Counted from the first letter of the stretch, positions 49,001-62,773 are shown. The stretch is DNA of 64,000 bases from Felis catus (GCF_018350175.1 NC_058368.1:56732001-56796000), one strand, 5' to 3'. Program-made: numbers and translations. Notes: a model not told the origin generated them from the sequence alone.

Positions 49001-49297
49001 TGTATTAGCTATCGATTTCTATATAATAAACTTCCCCTAATTTTAGTGACTTAAAAACACCTAACATTTATTATCACAGAATTTCTGGGTGCTGCTTAGT
49101 TGGATGTCTCTGTCTTAGGGCCTCCCAAAAGGTTGCAGAGAAGTTATCAGGTGAACTGTCAGATCAAACTCAATTGGTGGAAAATATCCTTTCAAGATGC
49201 TGGCTTTTAGCAGGTCTTAGGTCTTAGCAGGAGACATCCCCAGTTCCTTTATATGGGGGATTCTCCATTGTGGAAGCCTTCTTCCACAAAGGAATGA

Positions 49298-49349
<52 letters not shown>

Positions 49350-49548
49350 GGAGAGAGATAGAGACAGAGAAGAAAAGGAATTGTCTTCTTGTAACCTAAT
49401 CTCAGAAGTGAGACTTTATTATTTGCCCTACACTTTATAAATGAGACCTTAGATACAGTTCATCATCAAAGAGAAAAGTATACAAACTCATGTGTAACAC
49501 AAAGCAGAGAAAGGCCTTTGAGAATCATTTTAAAGACTGACTACCACA
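49001..49548 (-). mobile_element. MLT1 (E/F-like) LTR with internal (GA)n
   Basis: tgtattagctatc...ttagtgacttaaaaaca...taacctaatctcagaagtga...tgactaccaca; (GA)n at about 49301-49345. Confidence 0.85.
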
Positions 49549-50431
49549 GTGCATTTTCTATGAGAACAGTATTTATAAACACAATATAGGAAAAAAAGGT
49601 TTCATAAAAGGTAAGAAGGTTAACCTGCTAAGACAAAAATTCCAAATCTCAAAAAAATAATAAAAGAAACATCACTACCGATATGGAAAAATAGGCAAAT
49701 GTTATGGTGGAAACAAAGAAATTACCAAAATACACTATTGAACCACTAATCATGAAAACATTGTTCATTTCAGAAGTAATTAAAATTAAACTTTACTTTC
49801 CTTATATGCTCTGTTTTAGTAGAAAGATAAGAGTTCTTTCTTCATAATAGATCTGAAATGTCAATTATGTATTTGACTAGTCAGCTACACAAAAATATAT
49901 CTTAAACCGATTGTTTAAAGACTAAAAAAATGTATGCTTAAAGTAGAAAAATAGATATATTAGATGGCTTATTTTTCATCTCAATACTTGTCTATGTCAG
50001 TTTATCATAAAATTAATTGTCAATAAAATTAGAAAATAGCCTAATATTTTAGCTAAACAGCTTACATTTGCAATTTTGTAAATGGCTTAAAATTTAAACT
50101 TTAAACATTAAAAATTGTGATTGAAGACTTCTGAAGACTTACAGACTACTGGGACTGAAATTTAACAGATATCCAAATGCACAGCTATACTAATTATTTA
50201 TACTCTGCATTAGTTCAGATTGGACAATTTTGTTGTTCATCTGTTTCCAATTTATTATTTTTATTATCCTTGGATATTACTCCAAAGTGACTATCACAGA
50301 TGACTATAGCAACATCTCCACCTCCCCCCAAATTATTTCTTCTTCTTTTGAGAGTAGATTTCCAATATTCAAAAATGAATATTATTGTAACACTTTCATA
50401 TCCCAAGAATTATTGTTATTCTCACGTTGTC

Positions 50432-50789
50432 TGCATTAGTTTAGACTGTTATAACAAATGCCCTAGGTTGAAAGGCTTTCATTCAGAAATTTATTCCTCA
50501 CAGTTCTGGAGGCTGGAGGTCTGAAAGCAGGGTGTCCACGTGATTAAGTTCTGGCAAAGGCCTTCTTACTGATTTGCAGACAGCCGTCTTCTCCCTAGAT
50601 CTTCACATGGCAGAGAGGAGAGAGGAAAGCAACCTCCCCTCTCTTTTCTAATAAAGGCACTAATCCCATTCATAAGGGCTCCATCCTCATGTCCCAGGTA
50701 CTTCTCAAAGGCCCTGCCTCCAAGTACCATCATATTGGGGATTAGGCTTCAACATATGAATTTGGAAAAGGCACATTCAGTCCATAACA
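50432..50789 (-). mobile_element. MLT1A-type LTR
   Basis: atttattcctcacagttctggaggctggagg...aaaggcactaatcccattcataagggctcc...ttcaacatatgaatttgg...acattcagtccataaca; ttgtc occurs on both flanks. Confidence 0.92.
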
Positions 50790-51390
50790 CTTGTCTTAAG
50801 AATATATTAAAGACTGTATATAATCCATTTATACAACAACTTTACATTAAGTACCACAGTTGGGCTGGGCACTTGGGCGGGCATTGTGGATTCATAGGTG
50901 CCCAGTCTGACAAACATCCTGTCATCATCTGGACTGTTGTCTGTGGAAATTTAAGACTTTACAGTATTCATTTTATTTGTTATGACCTTGATTCCAAACA
51001 AGCAAGAGGAAAATATTCCATTTTTGTATATTCAGAATAATTTCTGAGTGCTTATGTTCATAGTACATACACAATAATAAATATTACTTAATTCACTCAT
51101 GAATCTGGGTTTCTTTTCTTATGAACCTGAGTTTCTAAAAGAATCATATTAGTAATAAGGAATTAAGATGCCAAAGAAAAGCAACATATACACTTTAGAA
51201 GCTATTTCTGTATGACAATATAGCACGTAAGAAATGTTGGAAACAGTTTTTACTCATTCTTACATTAACAGCTAAAAATATGTCTTAAAATGCTAGAAAA
51301 AGTTATATTGTTTATCTCTTAAAATTGATATCATTTCTAAGTAGTGTTTCATTTTCTTCTAGGAATCTGGCAGCAAAAGTACGTACATAC

Positions 51391-51392
<2 letters not shown>

Positions 51393-51427
<35 letters not shown>
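51393..51427. repeat. (TA)n microsatellite
   Basis: Direct reading. Confidence 0.97.
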
Positions 51428-51434
<7 letters not shown>

Positions 51435-51435
<1 letters not shown>

Positions 51436-51627
51436 TTAAAAAAATTTTGTAATGTTTATTTATTTTTGACACACAAAGAGAGAAAGAGGGAGACACAGAA
51501 TCCAAAGCCGGCTCCAGGCTCTGAGCTGTCAGCACAGAGCCCGAAGCAGGGCTTGAACCCTCAAAATGTGAGATCATGACCTGAACCAAAGTAGGAGGTT
51601 TAACCAACTGAGCCACCCAGGCGCTCC
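51435..51627 (-). mobile_element. Can-SINE (SINEC)
   Basis: Antisense body ending ccaggcgctcc. Confidence 0.95.
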
Positions 51628-51732
51628 TAAAACTCATTTAGTTGTGTTAGTTTTGAAGCAAATACTTAAATAATATTTTATGTTTATTTCTCTAAAAAAT
51701 TCACAAAGGAAATATGTAGAGATCTTTACTTC

Positions 51733-51776
51733 TTTTTTTTTTTTTTTTGAGAGCAAGAGAGTGAGTGGGGGAGAGG

Positions 51777-51823
<47 letters not shown>

Positions 51824-51944
51824 TTAAGCAGGATCCATACTCAGCATGAACCCAATGCAGGACTCAATCCCGTGACCTTGGGATCATGACCTGAGCTGAA
51901 ATCAAGAGTAGGAGGCTCAACCAACTGAGCCACCTAGATGCCCC
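51733..51944 (-). mobile_element. Can-SINE (older subfamily) with (GA)n
   Basis: Poly-T, (GA)n, gtcttaagcagg...ggatcatgacctgagctgaaatcaagagt...gatgcccc. Confidence 0.95.
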
Positions 51945-53184
51945 TAGATTTTTATATCTTTAAGAAACAAAACAGTCCTGCCCATTTTCCCCACTGAATA
52001 TACATTGCTCTTCTTTATGTTTTTACTTCTCCTTTATAAGTAAAATATCTGTAACACTATCCCTAGTTTCTAGCTTCAATTTATAAAATAGTCATCAAGG
52101 ATACCTATCTAAATTTTTCAAAACTACATCATAGAATTATACATATTATTACATATTTTCTATATTAGACATTTCACATAATTAAAAAAATAAATAAGCG
52201 CTTAGAGACAATGAAAAACCACTTTCTCAATCTCGGTCAATATTGAGTCAGGATTTAACACCTGCCTGACATTGTACAGGTTTGCAAATCTGGTGTTATC
52301 TGACTTTATAGATCAAGCCAGGACTTGTTGTAACTGACAAGACTTTAATTAGGTTTAGTTTCATGGCCATGTGCCTATTACTCAAATGTGTTGCCTTTTA
52401 AAAATTATACCAGTAAGATACTGGCACAATTTCAAGTTCATTTCCCTGCAGTCATCAGAGAGACATAACCAGAAACAACCAGAGTGCTTATCTCAAATAA
52501 AAGTACATAATAGTGTTGTTTGAATACCCACATGAAAATAGTGATTTCAGTTTACTTTGCATGGTAAATGTAAATCAGGAAAAGTGCACATTCAGCAAAT
52601 GTCAGAAGAGCTTCAACTTCAGCAAATATTAAAAGAAACAATAAAAATCTATGAATGCTACTGGTTGATATAAGCACTAATTAAGGGAATATTTAGTTAC
52701 TTGAATGTAAACTAAGATATTAGCATTTATTTCTTAACATAATGGTCAAATTGTTGTCATGCTACAATATTTAAAACTTGGTAAAAAGATAAAGCTATAT
52801 ATTTGGAAATATATGATTGAACAGACACATAGATCAAAGCACTGAAGTAGTTCTATCTGAAAATACAGCGCAAAGAATAAAAAGGCAGTTGGTTAAAAAG
52901 ATCCACAAGAGACAAGTTACATTTTTATTTTGTTTTGTTTTGTGTGTTTTATTACATCTTGGCGTCTGTAGGATTTTTAAAAGCAAAGCAATGTTACCTC
53001 ATTTTTAAGGTAGAATCAAGCCCCAGGGCACCTCTGAAAAGTGGTCTTGCCTCTTTCTGCACCATACCCATTCATTATTCCTTTGGGAAATGTCTAATTT
53101 GTTATAAATCTTAGACTGTTTTTTGAAATTTCAACACCCTCATAGTATTCCCCTACAGGAATTTATGAGGACGATGACCAATAA

Positions 53185-53405
53185 GTATTTACTGGCTGTG
53201 TACTAATAAACATCTAGTGTAATGGCCTTATATGTTGTTACTTTAATTCTTGTAACAACCCTTTGAGTGTTTATTATTATAATTCTCATTTTTATAGAAA
53301 GGTAAATCAAGGCACAGTGATGAGACTTGTCTAATTCACAGAACTAGTAAGTAGCTGACACGAGATTTAAAACTAAGCAGACTGTCTCCACTATGTATGC
53401 TCTCA
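53185..53405 (-). mobile_element. MIR
   Basis: tttaattcttgtaacaaccctttgag...ctcatttttatagaaaggtaaatcaaggcacag...cacagaactagtaagtagctga. Confidence 0.8.
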
Positions 53406-53505
53406 TAATTTATTAAATAGAATGTATTTTTATTTACATATGCCTTTCTATGACCTCAGTAAGTATGGAAGCTTATAATTATTGAGCTCTAATTAAATAA
53501 TCTGA

Positions 53506-53695
53506 GGGGCACCCGAGTGGCTCAGTCCATTAAACATCTAACTCTTGACTTTGGCTCAAATCATGATTTCACGGTTCGTGAGTTTGAGCCCCACATCAGG
53601 CTCTGTGCTGACAGCGCAGAGCCTGCTTGGGACTCTCTCTCTCTACCTCTTACTCTCTGCCTCTCTATTTCAAAAATAAATGAACATTACAAAAA
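53506..53695 (+). mobile_element. Can-SINE (SINEC)
   Basis: Typical head, body and tail. Confidence 0.95.
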
Positions 53696-56600
53696 TACTG
53701 AACCTGATATAGAAATGCAAAGTAAGGGGAAAATTCTTAATTTGATTATTACCATCATATTTCTTACAATAACTGTAAGAAAATAATTAACCCTGTAGAA
53801 GTCAGTATTGTTTTGCCTGATATTTGGGTACCATTAGATCACTTAAACTCAAATAGCAGTAGGCATATGTCTCTCATCTTTAAAATAAACATGAAATATA
53901 CAATTCAAAAACTACATTTGCATATGTAAAGTAGGTTTCCTGTTCTGTGAGATTCTCGGCCTTCATCATTTCAAGGTCAATGAAATGTTCACTATATACA
54001 TATGTATAATTTTTTAATGAATCATTTTTCTTCCCCAGTAAGCTAAATACTAAAGAAATATGAGCAGATTTGTGTGAGGAATTGTCAGTAAATATCCTGA
54101 TCAATATAAAAATTGGACAAGCCACATGCTGAAGTCACATTAAAATGAAAATTGAGGAGTACATCCATAGGAGGATTGTAATATGCACAGATGGCAAGGA
54201 TGGACCTGGTTGCTTTCCAGCTAGTACCTGTTCTGGAATATATGAAGCTACAACTCTAGAATATCTTTACTATATTAAGTCTTGGTTGGTGGCTGCCAAA
54301 ATCTAAAAGGATTTCCCTCTTAAAAGAAAATGAACATGAAATTCACAATTGAAGAAAACATATTTGCATATATAAAGTAGATTTCATGTTCTATGGAGGT
54401 CAAAATTGAATAATACAACCAAAGTATAGGAACATAATTTTCTTAAACTAAACTATATTAATATCTGAAAAAAGCTAGAAGTTCCACATTTTAAATGAGC
54501 AGAATAAGAAGCCCGTGCTTTAGGTTCATGGCCAATAGCCCAGACTAGGAAGCAACATGGGAAATAAGAATTTCTCTTCCCACTGTTAATTATAATCTAT
54601 GAGCTGGTCCCCTTTGGTTCAAGGTACAGAAACTCAGTTAGGACTGCATTGGGCCCAGATGGTTGAATGATTGACTGGGTACCATATTTGTGCCAGATTG
54701 GCCCATCTCTCTACTTTTTCATCCAGGTCCATATGAACTAGAAGACTGTATATGAAGGAAAAAATTATATCACAAATGAAAAATAAAATATTTTTAATAT
54801 CCTGAAAGAGTAACACTGAAAATTTGGGAACAGCTCTTTAATCTAAAAGATTAATGTTACATGTTTTCTTTCCTAGATAGTCTCAATCATTAGAGATTAT
54901 TTAAAAAGACTAAAATATTTACATTTAAGCTAAATTATAATGATAAATCCATATAATGACAAACTCCATATAGTTCTGTAATTTTCCACATTATTCTATA
55001 TTTAAGCAAATTCAGATACATATGAATATTCATTTAATATAGCAGAGTATTCCTTGCTTAAAGCAGAAGAGAATATTTTTGAAATAAATTAAATATTGGT
55101 AGAAAGTTAAATGCATGTATGTATGTACATATATTTGGATTGATTAAATTAATTCTAGTGTATTTCTCAATGAAAGCTTTTTTATATAACTTCATAAACC
55201 TGAACACAACATTCTAAAAAATATTTACATATTATGCTATTCTAATATTAATATGTTAAAGTAGAATATTATCAATTTAATTTGGAATAAAATGTCTATT
55301 TATTCTGATGACCAATCAGATTTGAAAATCCCTAGTGTAACCTGAATAATATAATAAATAAAGCACTTAAGTGCAAGCCAATATACTCTTATTTTTGTCT
55401 GATTTAATGCATCCATGTGATTGAGAGGAAAGTATTGATCAAAAAGAAAATGATTATAAAAGCGAGTTTCATGGTCAAACAATGGAATATCAATTCTGTC
55501 ATTTTCTAATAATGGTAGTGTAGCAATTTAATGTCGAAAGGTATATTTATTTCTGACTCTATAATATATTAGAAGCATGACCAGTGACTATGAAGTTATA
55601 TGTGATTCTTGGCTTATTTTAAATTTTAAATGTGGATAATTGGTTGATTTGTACCTATATATGTTCCTATATATTTATATGTTATTTTATAGGATATAAA
55701 TAATGTTCTATATTATCCATATAAAATGGCATCCCCTTTTTATACTAGTAGGCAATTTGCAGACTGGGAATTGGCCTCTTAACTCACTTACTTGTGTCCA
55801 GCTTTTGTTTATTGACCATAGTCTCTCAAATTCACAATACATAAAACATTGTGTATTTTATAAAATTTTCATTAAAATAGTTTTTTGTTGTTTTTGTTTT
55901 TATAGTTTTCCTTACTCTGGTGGTACTGCATATTTTTGTTATTAGGATTTGAAATTTCTTTCTCAAAACTATTGATGTCCTTTTAGCTTGCATTTTTCAG
56001 ATTCTTAATTTAATCTCTGCTGTGAGGATATTTATAGTGCTGCATAGAGCAACTGAAACATTGATGAGAAGTCCTGTTGGTCTGGAAAGTACAGTCATTT
56101 TCTCATTTATTTTTCAGATTGCATGGTAAAAAATAAAGAAAAGAGAGCCTTTAGTATCTTTACTAAGGAATAAATAGTATTGTGTGGTAACAGTAACTTT
56201 TAATCACGTTCATAGAAAATTAGTTAAATCAGTAACAGAAGAATCTTTCAAATTATAACAATTTATTTTACGCCAAATTCTATTAGATTGAAGTCCTTGT
56301 GTATTTCTCAATGAAAGTTAGCTTTTTCACGTGAAAGCTATGTGGGATTTGATGAAACTTGAATAGAACATTTAAAATATAGTATTCTGACTTCTATATC
56401 AGTTATTAGGTTTTAATTGATTGACACCATAAGAAAGCTAAAGTGTTTAAGAAAGGAGCAATGGCCTGGTATTTCAGGACTTTGAGTGTTATCTTCAATC
56501 TGGATTTTACCTAGTTCTTTTCTTTTTCATTAACAGGTCACATCCTGTCAGAGTATCCTTTTAATGCATAAATTAAAGAGATTGCATTCAATAATGAATA

Positions 56601-57295
56601 AAATCTCATCTAGCTAAACGAAATTCAATTAACCACTCTAACCTTTGATGTTTTAAAATGGTCACTAGTATTAAAATGATAGTATCCTTCTTGGAAATAC
56701 TAGAGTACATATGCCCTGTAGTAAATATGCACCGTAAAGAGATAGGCTCTGTAAAAACAAACACAGCAACATTATAAAAATATTGCACATAATTTGTAAG
56801 TAGAAAAATAATTTTTAAATGGTCACTATGTCTTCATGAAAAAGAATGATTTTTCTTAAAAAAAATCCTTTCCAAAATGCAGTACAGATTATTTTACATA
56901 AATTTCTATCCTATTCAAATAAACAACTATTATTAATTTGACATTTCAACTTAATTTCAGTATTCTGTCAATCACTAATAGCAAACAGTTAAACAGTTAA
57001 TAGTATATTTGTTTTTCTTGATTATTAGCTAAATGTATTAATTAAAAAAATACAAATTGATTTATTTGACAAATATTGACTACCCAGTATTCCTTTGAAA
57101 GTTTGTAATTTTCCTTTAAAAATTGCCAATTAAAATTGTTAAATATGGAAATAGTGATGGCATTAACACTGAAATTGTCCAGGTTGGTACTAAATTCACA
57201 TAGAATATTGAAATTCATATATAACATCCAGATTAACTATGCATTTATATATTTTATAAATATAAAATCTGTGTTCTACAGAATTAATTCTAACA

Positions 57296-57524
57296 TTTTT
57301 AAAGGTCATTTATTCATTTTTGAGAGAGAGAGGGACAGAGAGAGAGAACGCATGAGCAAGTGCAAGTAGGGGAGGGGGAGAGAGAGAGAGGCAGAGTGAG
57401 AGAATCCCAAGTAAGCTCTGCACTGTCAGCAGAGCTTACTTGGGATTCTTGATGTGGGGCTCAAACTCACTCATGATCTGAGTCAAAGTCAGAAGCTTAA
57501 CTGGCTGAGCTACCCAGGTACCGC
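57296..57524 (-). mobile_element. Can-SINE carrying an internal perfect inverted repeat
   Basis: TSD taattctaacattttt (57285-57300, 57525-57540); rearranged centre at 57401-57449. Confidence 0.95.
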
Positions 57525-57970
57525 TAATTCTAACATTTTTAATGAAATTTTTTTATTGTAAATTCTTTATTGGTCAGGTGAATTATGACAAAGTTTTTTT
57601 TTAAGTCAAGAAATTTTATAATTATTATTTTTCTCAAGGAAAGTTGTTCATAATGATTGCATTATTATAAATACATCCACTTTTAAAGTAAAAGTGTATC
57701 ACAAAACTCAAAATGTTTTCTAATTAAAAAGAAATTCTCAAAATTTTACCTACTGAACAGCTGCTTTACAGTTAACCAGTTATTAAAATTTGTTTTAGTA
57801 GACCAGATGAAATGGAATATATTCAGGTATGCAAAACCCATACACAAATAATTGTCTAGCTGTTGAGATATCAGTTGTTGGGCTTTATCATTCTAAAGTG
57901 CTATGATGAATCAAGTCAATATTTGTTTTGTCAAAAACCGAACCCTGCTCACCAAGTAAAACAAAGCTAA

Positions 57971-58004
57971 ATACATACATACATACATACATACATACAT
58001 ACAT
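57971..58004. repeat. (ATAC)n tetranucleotide repeat
   Basis: Direct reading. Confidence 0.97.
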
Positions 58005-59544
58005 AAAGAGTTCAGAGTTCATTGCAAAGGTTTCATCCTGCAAGCTGGAAAACTTAACATTGCAGGAACAATGAGTTCTGAGCTGCTCAGTGACCAGAAA
58101 GTTTTTATGGGGTTAATGTGAAAGTCATTTGGCGTGTTCAGGTAATTGTTTTGCCCGGTGGTCTTCCTTATTTGGTTCAGGGCGGCTGAGGGAACAGGCA
58201 AGGCCTAGAGATGAAGTGAACAGATTTGGCATTTGGCGATTGGCTTGGGTCCTGTGCTGATTTCTGAGAAAAGCTGTAAATTCCTGCAACTTGTATTAGG
58301 TAAGGTTAAGTTTCATTTTCTTTAATGCACCTATGTTGGCCAACTCCCAATTTGTCCCCGACATATGCGACTCTGTTTTAGTTTTAGATCCACGGATTTT
58401 TCGGGATGGCTGAATAAATATGCATATTTAGAAACTGAGCTTAGAGGTAATTGTAGAAAAGTTGATCTTAATTGGCAACTGTTACCCTTGTTAAAACATT
58501 AAAATAACAACAACAACAACACATTAAAATACATTTTGATTTAAAATGCTCAGTAACATATCTCAACTATATATATTGAATTAGATGCATTATGATAGCG
58601 TCACTTAATTGTTAAGTGATCTGGCTTTCACCTCACCTGTCTCTCTTTGCTTCTTTCTGAAACAAAAATTTAAATGATTAAAATATATCCTAATAAAACC
58701 AATTATTTTTTCAGGAACCACTTAGTTTGAACTTTAGAATTAAAAAAAATACCTTTGAGATCTGATCTAAAGGTGTTTTATACAGCATTTCATGTCATCT
58801 CTCAAACAACAATTCATTTCCTGAACGCTATATCATTTCCAATTAAGTATTGCATGTCACAAAAATGATTTGGTTCTCTGCAGCTCTGACTTCCATTAGA
58901 TATTCAATTATTTATAACGCGTTGAAGCTTAATTAAATAAACTTAATTAAAATTAGATTAACCCTTTTCACAAAGCATTATCCAAGTTATATTAAGTGAA
59001 GGACAAAAGAAACTTTAACATCATCCTTAAGCAAGGGGACACTTGAAGGCTGTGCTTAAAGAGATTGCATTATTAAAATTTAAAAGCAGACAGTTACAAT
59101 TAAAAGATACTCAAGCTATTAATGTAGCTCTCTTCAGAAATTCAGAGGTTCACAGGGCATTATTATTATAGATAATGCTAAAATGTTTAATTTCCAAGTT
59201 AAGCCACTGCCAGCAGTTTCAGTGGTGACTTTTAAATTCACTATTGGACAGATTTCCATATTCTTTAATGCAATATTTAGTTGAATAATTGTACACTAAG
59301 GAAGTATTTATTTCAGACCTTTGGTCACTGGATGGAATCAGTTCTGCTTTTTAAGATTATCCCATCAGAGTTTTGTTTTATTATTATTATACTTTATGTT
59401 TAAGACGTGTTGGGTTTTATTTGTTCTCTTCATATCATTTTATTTTTATTAATTATGCTCAATTGGATAGATAATCCAAGAAATACTTGGGGAGATATTT
59501 ATTCTTTCTTTGGTTCCTGGGAGTTCAATGACTGTTCTTTCAGA

Positions 59545-59783
59545 GCAATGGTTCTTAAAATGTAATATGCAGCACATACACACACACACACAGAACACAT
59601 CTCAGAGATGATGTTTTATATATGTGTGTTGTGTATGTGCACATAAGAGTTCTTTTTAATAAGCTTATTCCCCCATAGATGCTGATTTAATTTCTTTGAA
59701 GTAGAACCAAGCCATGTACATTTTTATGTGGAACAAACATAATTCAGGTGCAAATTGTTTGTTTTCTATTTGAGAAATAGTGC
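59545..59783. mobile_element. MER5-like hAT-Charlie relic
   Basis: gcaatggttcttaaa left end; gatgctgatttaatt; tttgagaaatagtg right end. Confidence 0.5.
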
Positions 59784-59918
59784 TTGCATTCCCTTCTTGT
59801 TTTATTTTCCAACCATTGTCTACTCAACAATTATTTTAAAATAATAATATAATAAATATCTAAGTTCTACAACCTAACTAAATAAAATTATATAGTTTTA
59901 GTATTGGTATCCTGGTTA

Positions 59919-60318
59919 TTTTTTAAGTTCTTATTTAAATTCTAGTTAGTTAACAAATAGTGTAACATCAGTTTCAGCAGAATTGTGATTCATCACTTAC
60001 ATATAATGCCCAGTGCTCATTTCAAGTGCTCTCCTTAATACCTATCACCCATTTAGACCATCCCCCACCCACCTCCCCTCCAGAAACCCTCAGTTTGTTC
60101 TCTACAGTTAACAGTCTCTTATGGTTTGCCTCCCTCTCTCTTTTTTTTCCCTTCCCCTATGTTCATGTCTTTTGTTTCTTAAATTCCACATATGAGTGAA
60201 ATCATATGGTATTTGTCTTTCTCTGGCTGACTTATTTTGCTTAGCGTAACACTGTCTAGCTCCATCCATGTTGTTGCACATGACAAGATTTCATTCTTTT
60301 TCGTGGCTAAGTAATATT

Positions 60319-60366
<48 letters not shown>

Positions 60367-61097
60367 CACACATATATACCACATCTTCTTTATTCATCAG
60401 TCCATGGACATTTGAGCTCTTTCCATAATTTGGCTATTGTTGATAATGCTGCTGTTATAAATATCATGGTGCATATGCCCCTTTGAATCAGTATTTTTGT
60501 ATCCTTTGGGCGAATACCTACTAGTGAAATTTCTGGATTGTAGGATAGTTCTATTTTTAACATTTTGAGGAGCCTCCCTACTGTCTTCCAGAGTGGCTGT
60601 ACCAGTTTGCAATCGTACCAACACTATAAGAGGGTTTCTCTTTCCCAGCATGCTCGCCAAAATCTGTTATTTCCTGTGTTATTAATTCTAGCCATTCTGA
60701 CAGGTGTAAGGTGGTATCTCATCATGGTTTTGATTTCTGTTTCCCTGATGATGAGTGATGTTGAGCATCTTTCTGTATATCTGTCAGCCATCTGGATGTC
60801 TTCTTTGGAAAAATGTCTATTTGTGTACTCTGCTCATTTCTTAACTGTATTATTTGTTTTTGGGTATTGAGTTTGATAAGTTCTTTATAGATTTTGGATA
60901 CTAACCTTTTATCAGATATTTCATTTGCAAATATCTTCTCCCATTCCATAGGTTAATTTTAGTTTAGTTTGTTGTTTCCCTCACTTACAAAAGCTTTTTA
61001 TCTTGATGAAGTCCCAACAGTTCATTTTTGCTTCTGTTTCCCTTGCCTCTGGAGACATGTCTAGCAAGAAGTTGCTCTGGATGAAGTCAAAGAGGTC
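59919..61097 (-). mobile_element. 5'-truncated carnivore LINE-1 (ORF2 C-terminus and 3' UTR)
   Basis: Minus-strand ORFs give L1 ORF2p fragments (WEKIFANEISDKRLVSKIYKEL; KKNEILSCATTWMELD...KDKYHMISLICGI); 3' UTR is similar to the 8986-10113 copy; (TG)n at 60321-60363. Confidence 0.95.
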
Positions 61098-61199
61098 ACA
61101 GAAAACAAAAGAAATCTTCCTATGAAGTTTAATTAATATAATCAGCCACAGGAGATCATATTGTGTCATTAAAACAAGAAAATGTTACAGATAACATCA

Positions 61200-62030
61200 A
61201 CCAGAAAACATTAAAAGAGCTTTTGGAAATTATGTCCAGCAAATATAGAGATAATGGGCCAGTAACAGAAAAAGATGAGTATCCAAGGGTTACTGGAGGA
61301 TATCTAACAGCCAAATAGTACAGTATCGAGAGGAAAACATGGGAAACAGAGAAGAGGAAATTATCAAAGTGGCAGGAAAGATAATTTCCTAGAAAGGATA
61401 TTTTTCTTTAAAAAAAATTTTTTTAATGTTTATTTTTGACACAGAGGGAGACAGAGCGCGAGTGGGGGTGGAGCAGAGAGAGAGGAAGACACAGAATCCA
61501 AAACAGGCTGCAGGCTCCAGACTGTCAGCACAGAGCCCAATGCAGGGCTCGAACCCACGAACCTTGAAATCATGACCTGAGCCAAAGTTAGATGCTCAAC
61601 CGACTGAGCCACCCAGGCGCCCCAGAAAGGATGTTTTTCTTAATGAAGGGCAAATACAATGAAATAAAAATAGATGTGTAGAAGGGTGTAGTAACAGGGC
61701 ATTTTAACCCAACTGGGCAAAATGAATATCCTTAAATTTCCCGCTGGAAAATGTTGATATAAAGTTCATCAGTGCTCAAATGTGATCGTGCTTTTAGATA
61801 AAAATACTGGAATTTAGAAGACAATATAGATCAATGCTTTCAAAATCTGAGAGAAAATAATTTTCACCTTTGAATTCTGGACACAGTCCAATGATAACAT
61901 ACAAGGTTAAAGTAAAGATATTTTCAGATGTGCGAAGTTTTAAAATTTTTTCTCCTGAAAAATTGATATCAGGAAACTGCTAGAAAATATACTTGAACAA
62001 TATAATGACATACAGGAGGAAAATAGGATT
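61200..62030 (+). mobile_element. Old HAL1/L1ME ORF1-like relic
   Basis: agaggaaattatcaaag...aatttcctagaa; aatactggaatttagaagacaat...caatgctttcaaaatctgagagaaaataattttcacc. Confidence 0.65.
61409..61623 (-). mobile_element. Can-SINE (SINEC)
   Basis: TSD agaaaggat(a/g)tttttctt. Confidence 0.97.
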
Positions 62031-62440
62031 AAACATAAATAAAGATGACCAGTTATTTGACTTACTGACTGTGTGTAATTTACATAATGAGAGTTAATTG
62101 GCAGTACTCTTGATCAGTGTGTGAGAAACTCAGAGATTCTATACAACTCAGTTAAGTTTTTTGTTGGTTTGTTTGTTTTGTTTTTTGTTTTTGTTTTTTG
62201 TTTTTTTAGAAAGCCAGATATTAATTATAAAGGAAATTAGACTTTGGATGAAAAAGGAAATATAATCACACTGAAAAATATTTACAGTTGTCCTAGTTAA
62301 AATTACTATTAATTTAACCAAAAATTGTGACATAATAATATTAGAAGAATGGGTGCAGAAAGCAGAAGAAAGAGATATAAAATATTTGTATATTATAACT
62401 AATAAAAAGTATATCAATATTTAGTAGCATAGCATAAAGG

Positions 62441-62620
62441 TTTATTTTTCTTAATGTTTATTTATTTTTCAGAGAGAGAGAGAAATACTGTGTGAGTGGG
62501 GGAGGGACAGAGAGGGAGACACAGAATCAGAAGCAGGCTCAGGGGCTTGACCTCACTAGCTGTGAGATCATGACCTGAGCTGAAGTCAGATGCCCAACTG
62601 ACTGAGCCACCCAGGTGTCC
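62441..62620 (-). mobile_element. Can-SINE with internal deletion
   Basis: Antisense body lacking the central segment after aagcaggctc. Confidence 0.93.
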
Positions 62621-62773
62621 AACATAGGATAAAGTTTTAAAAATGTAAAGGAAATCCTGTAAAAGCAACAGGTTAAAAATGTTTTTATGTTTTAGATGCC
62701 TGATTCTGGAGGCAGGACAAGATAGAGGCAGAACAACTGAATTTTCTTTTTCACTACATGTTTGTTTGATTGT

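Noticed and set aside
54634..55510. Two 60-aa minus-strand ORFs as possible exons
   Set aside because: No convincing donor sites and no recognisable homology.
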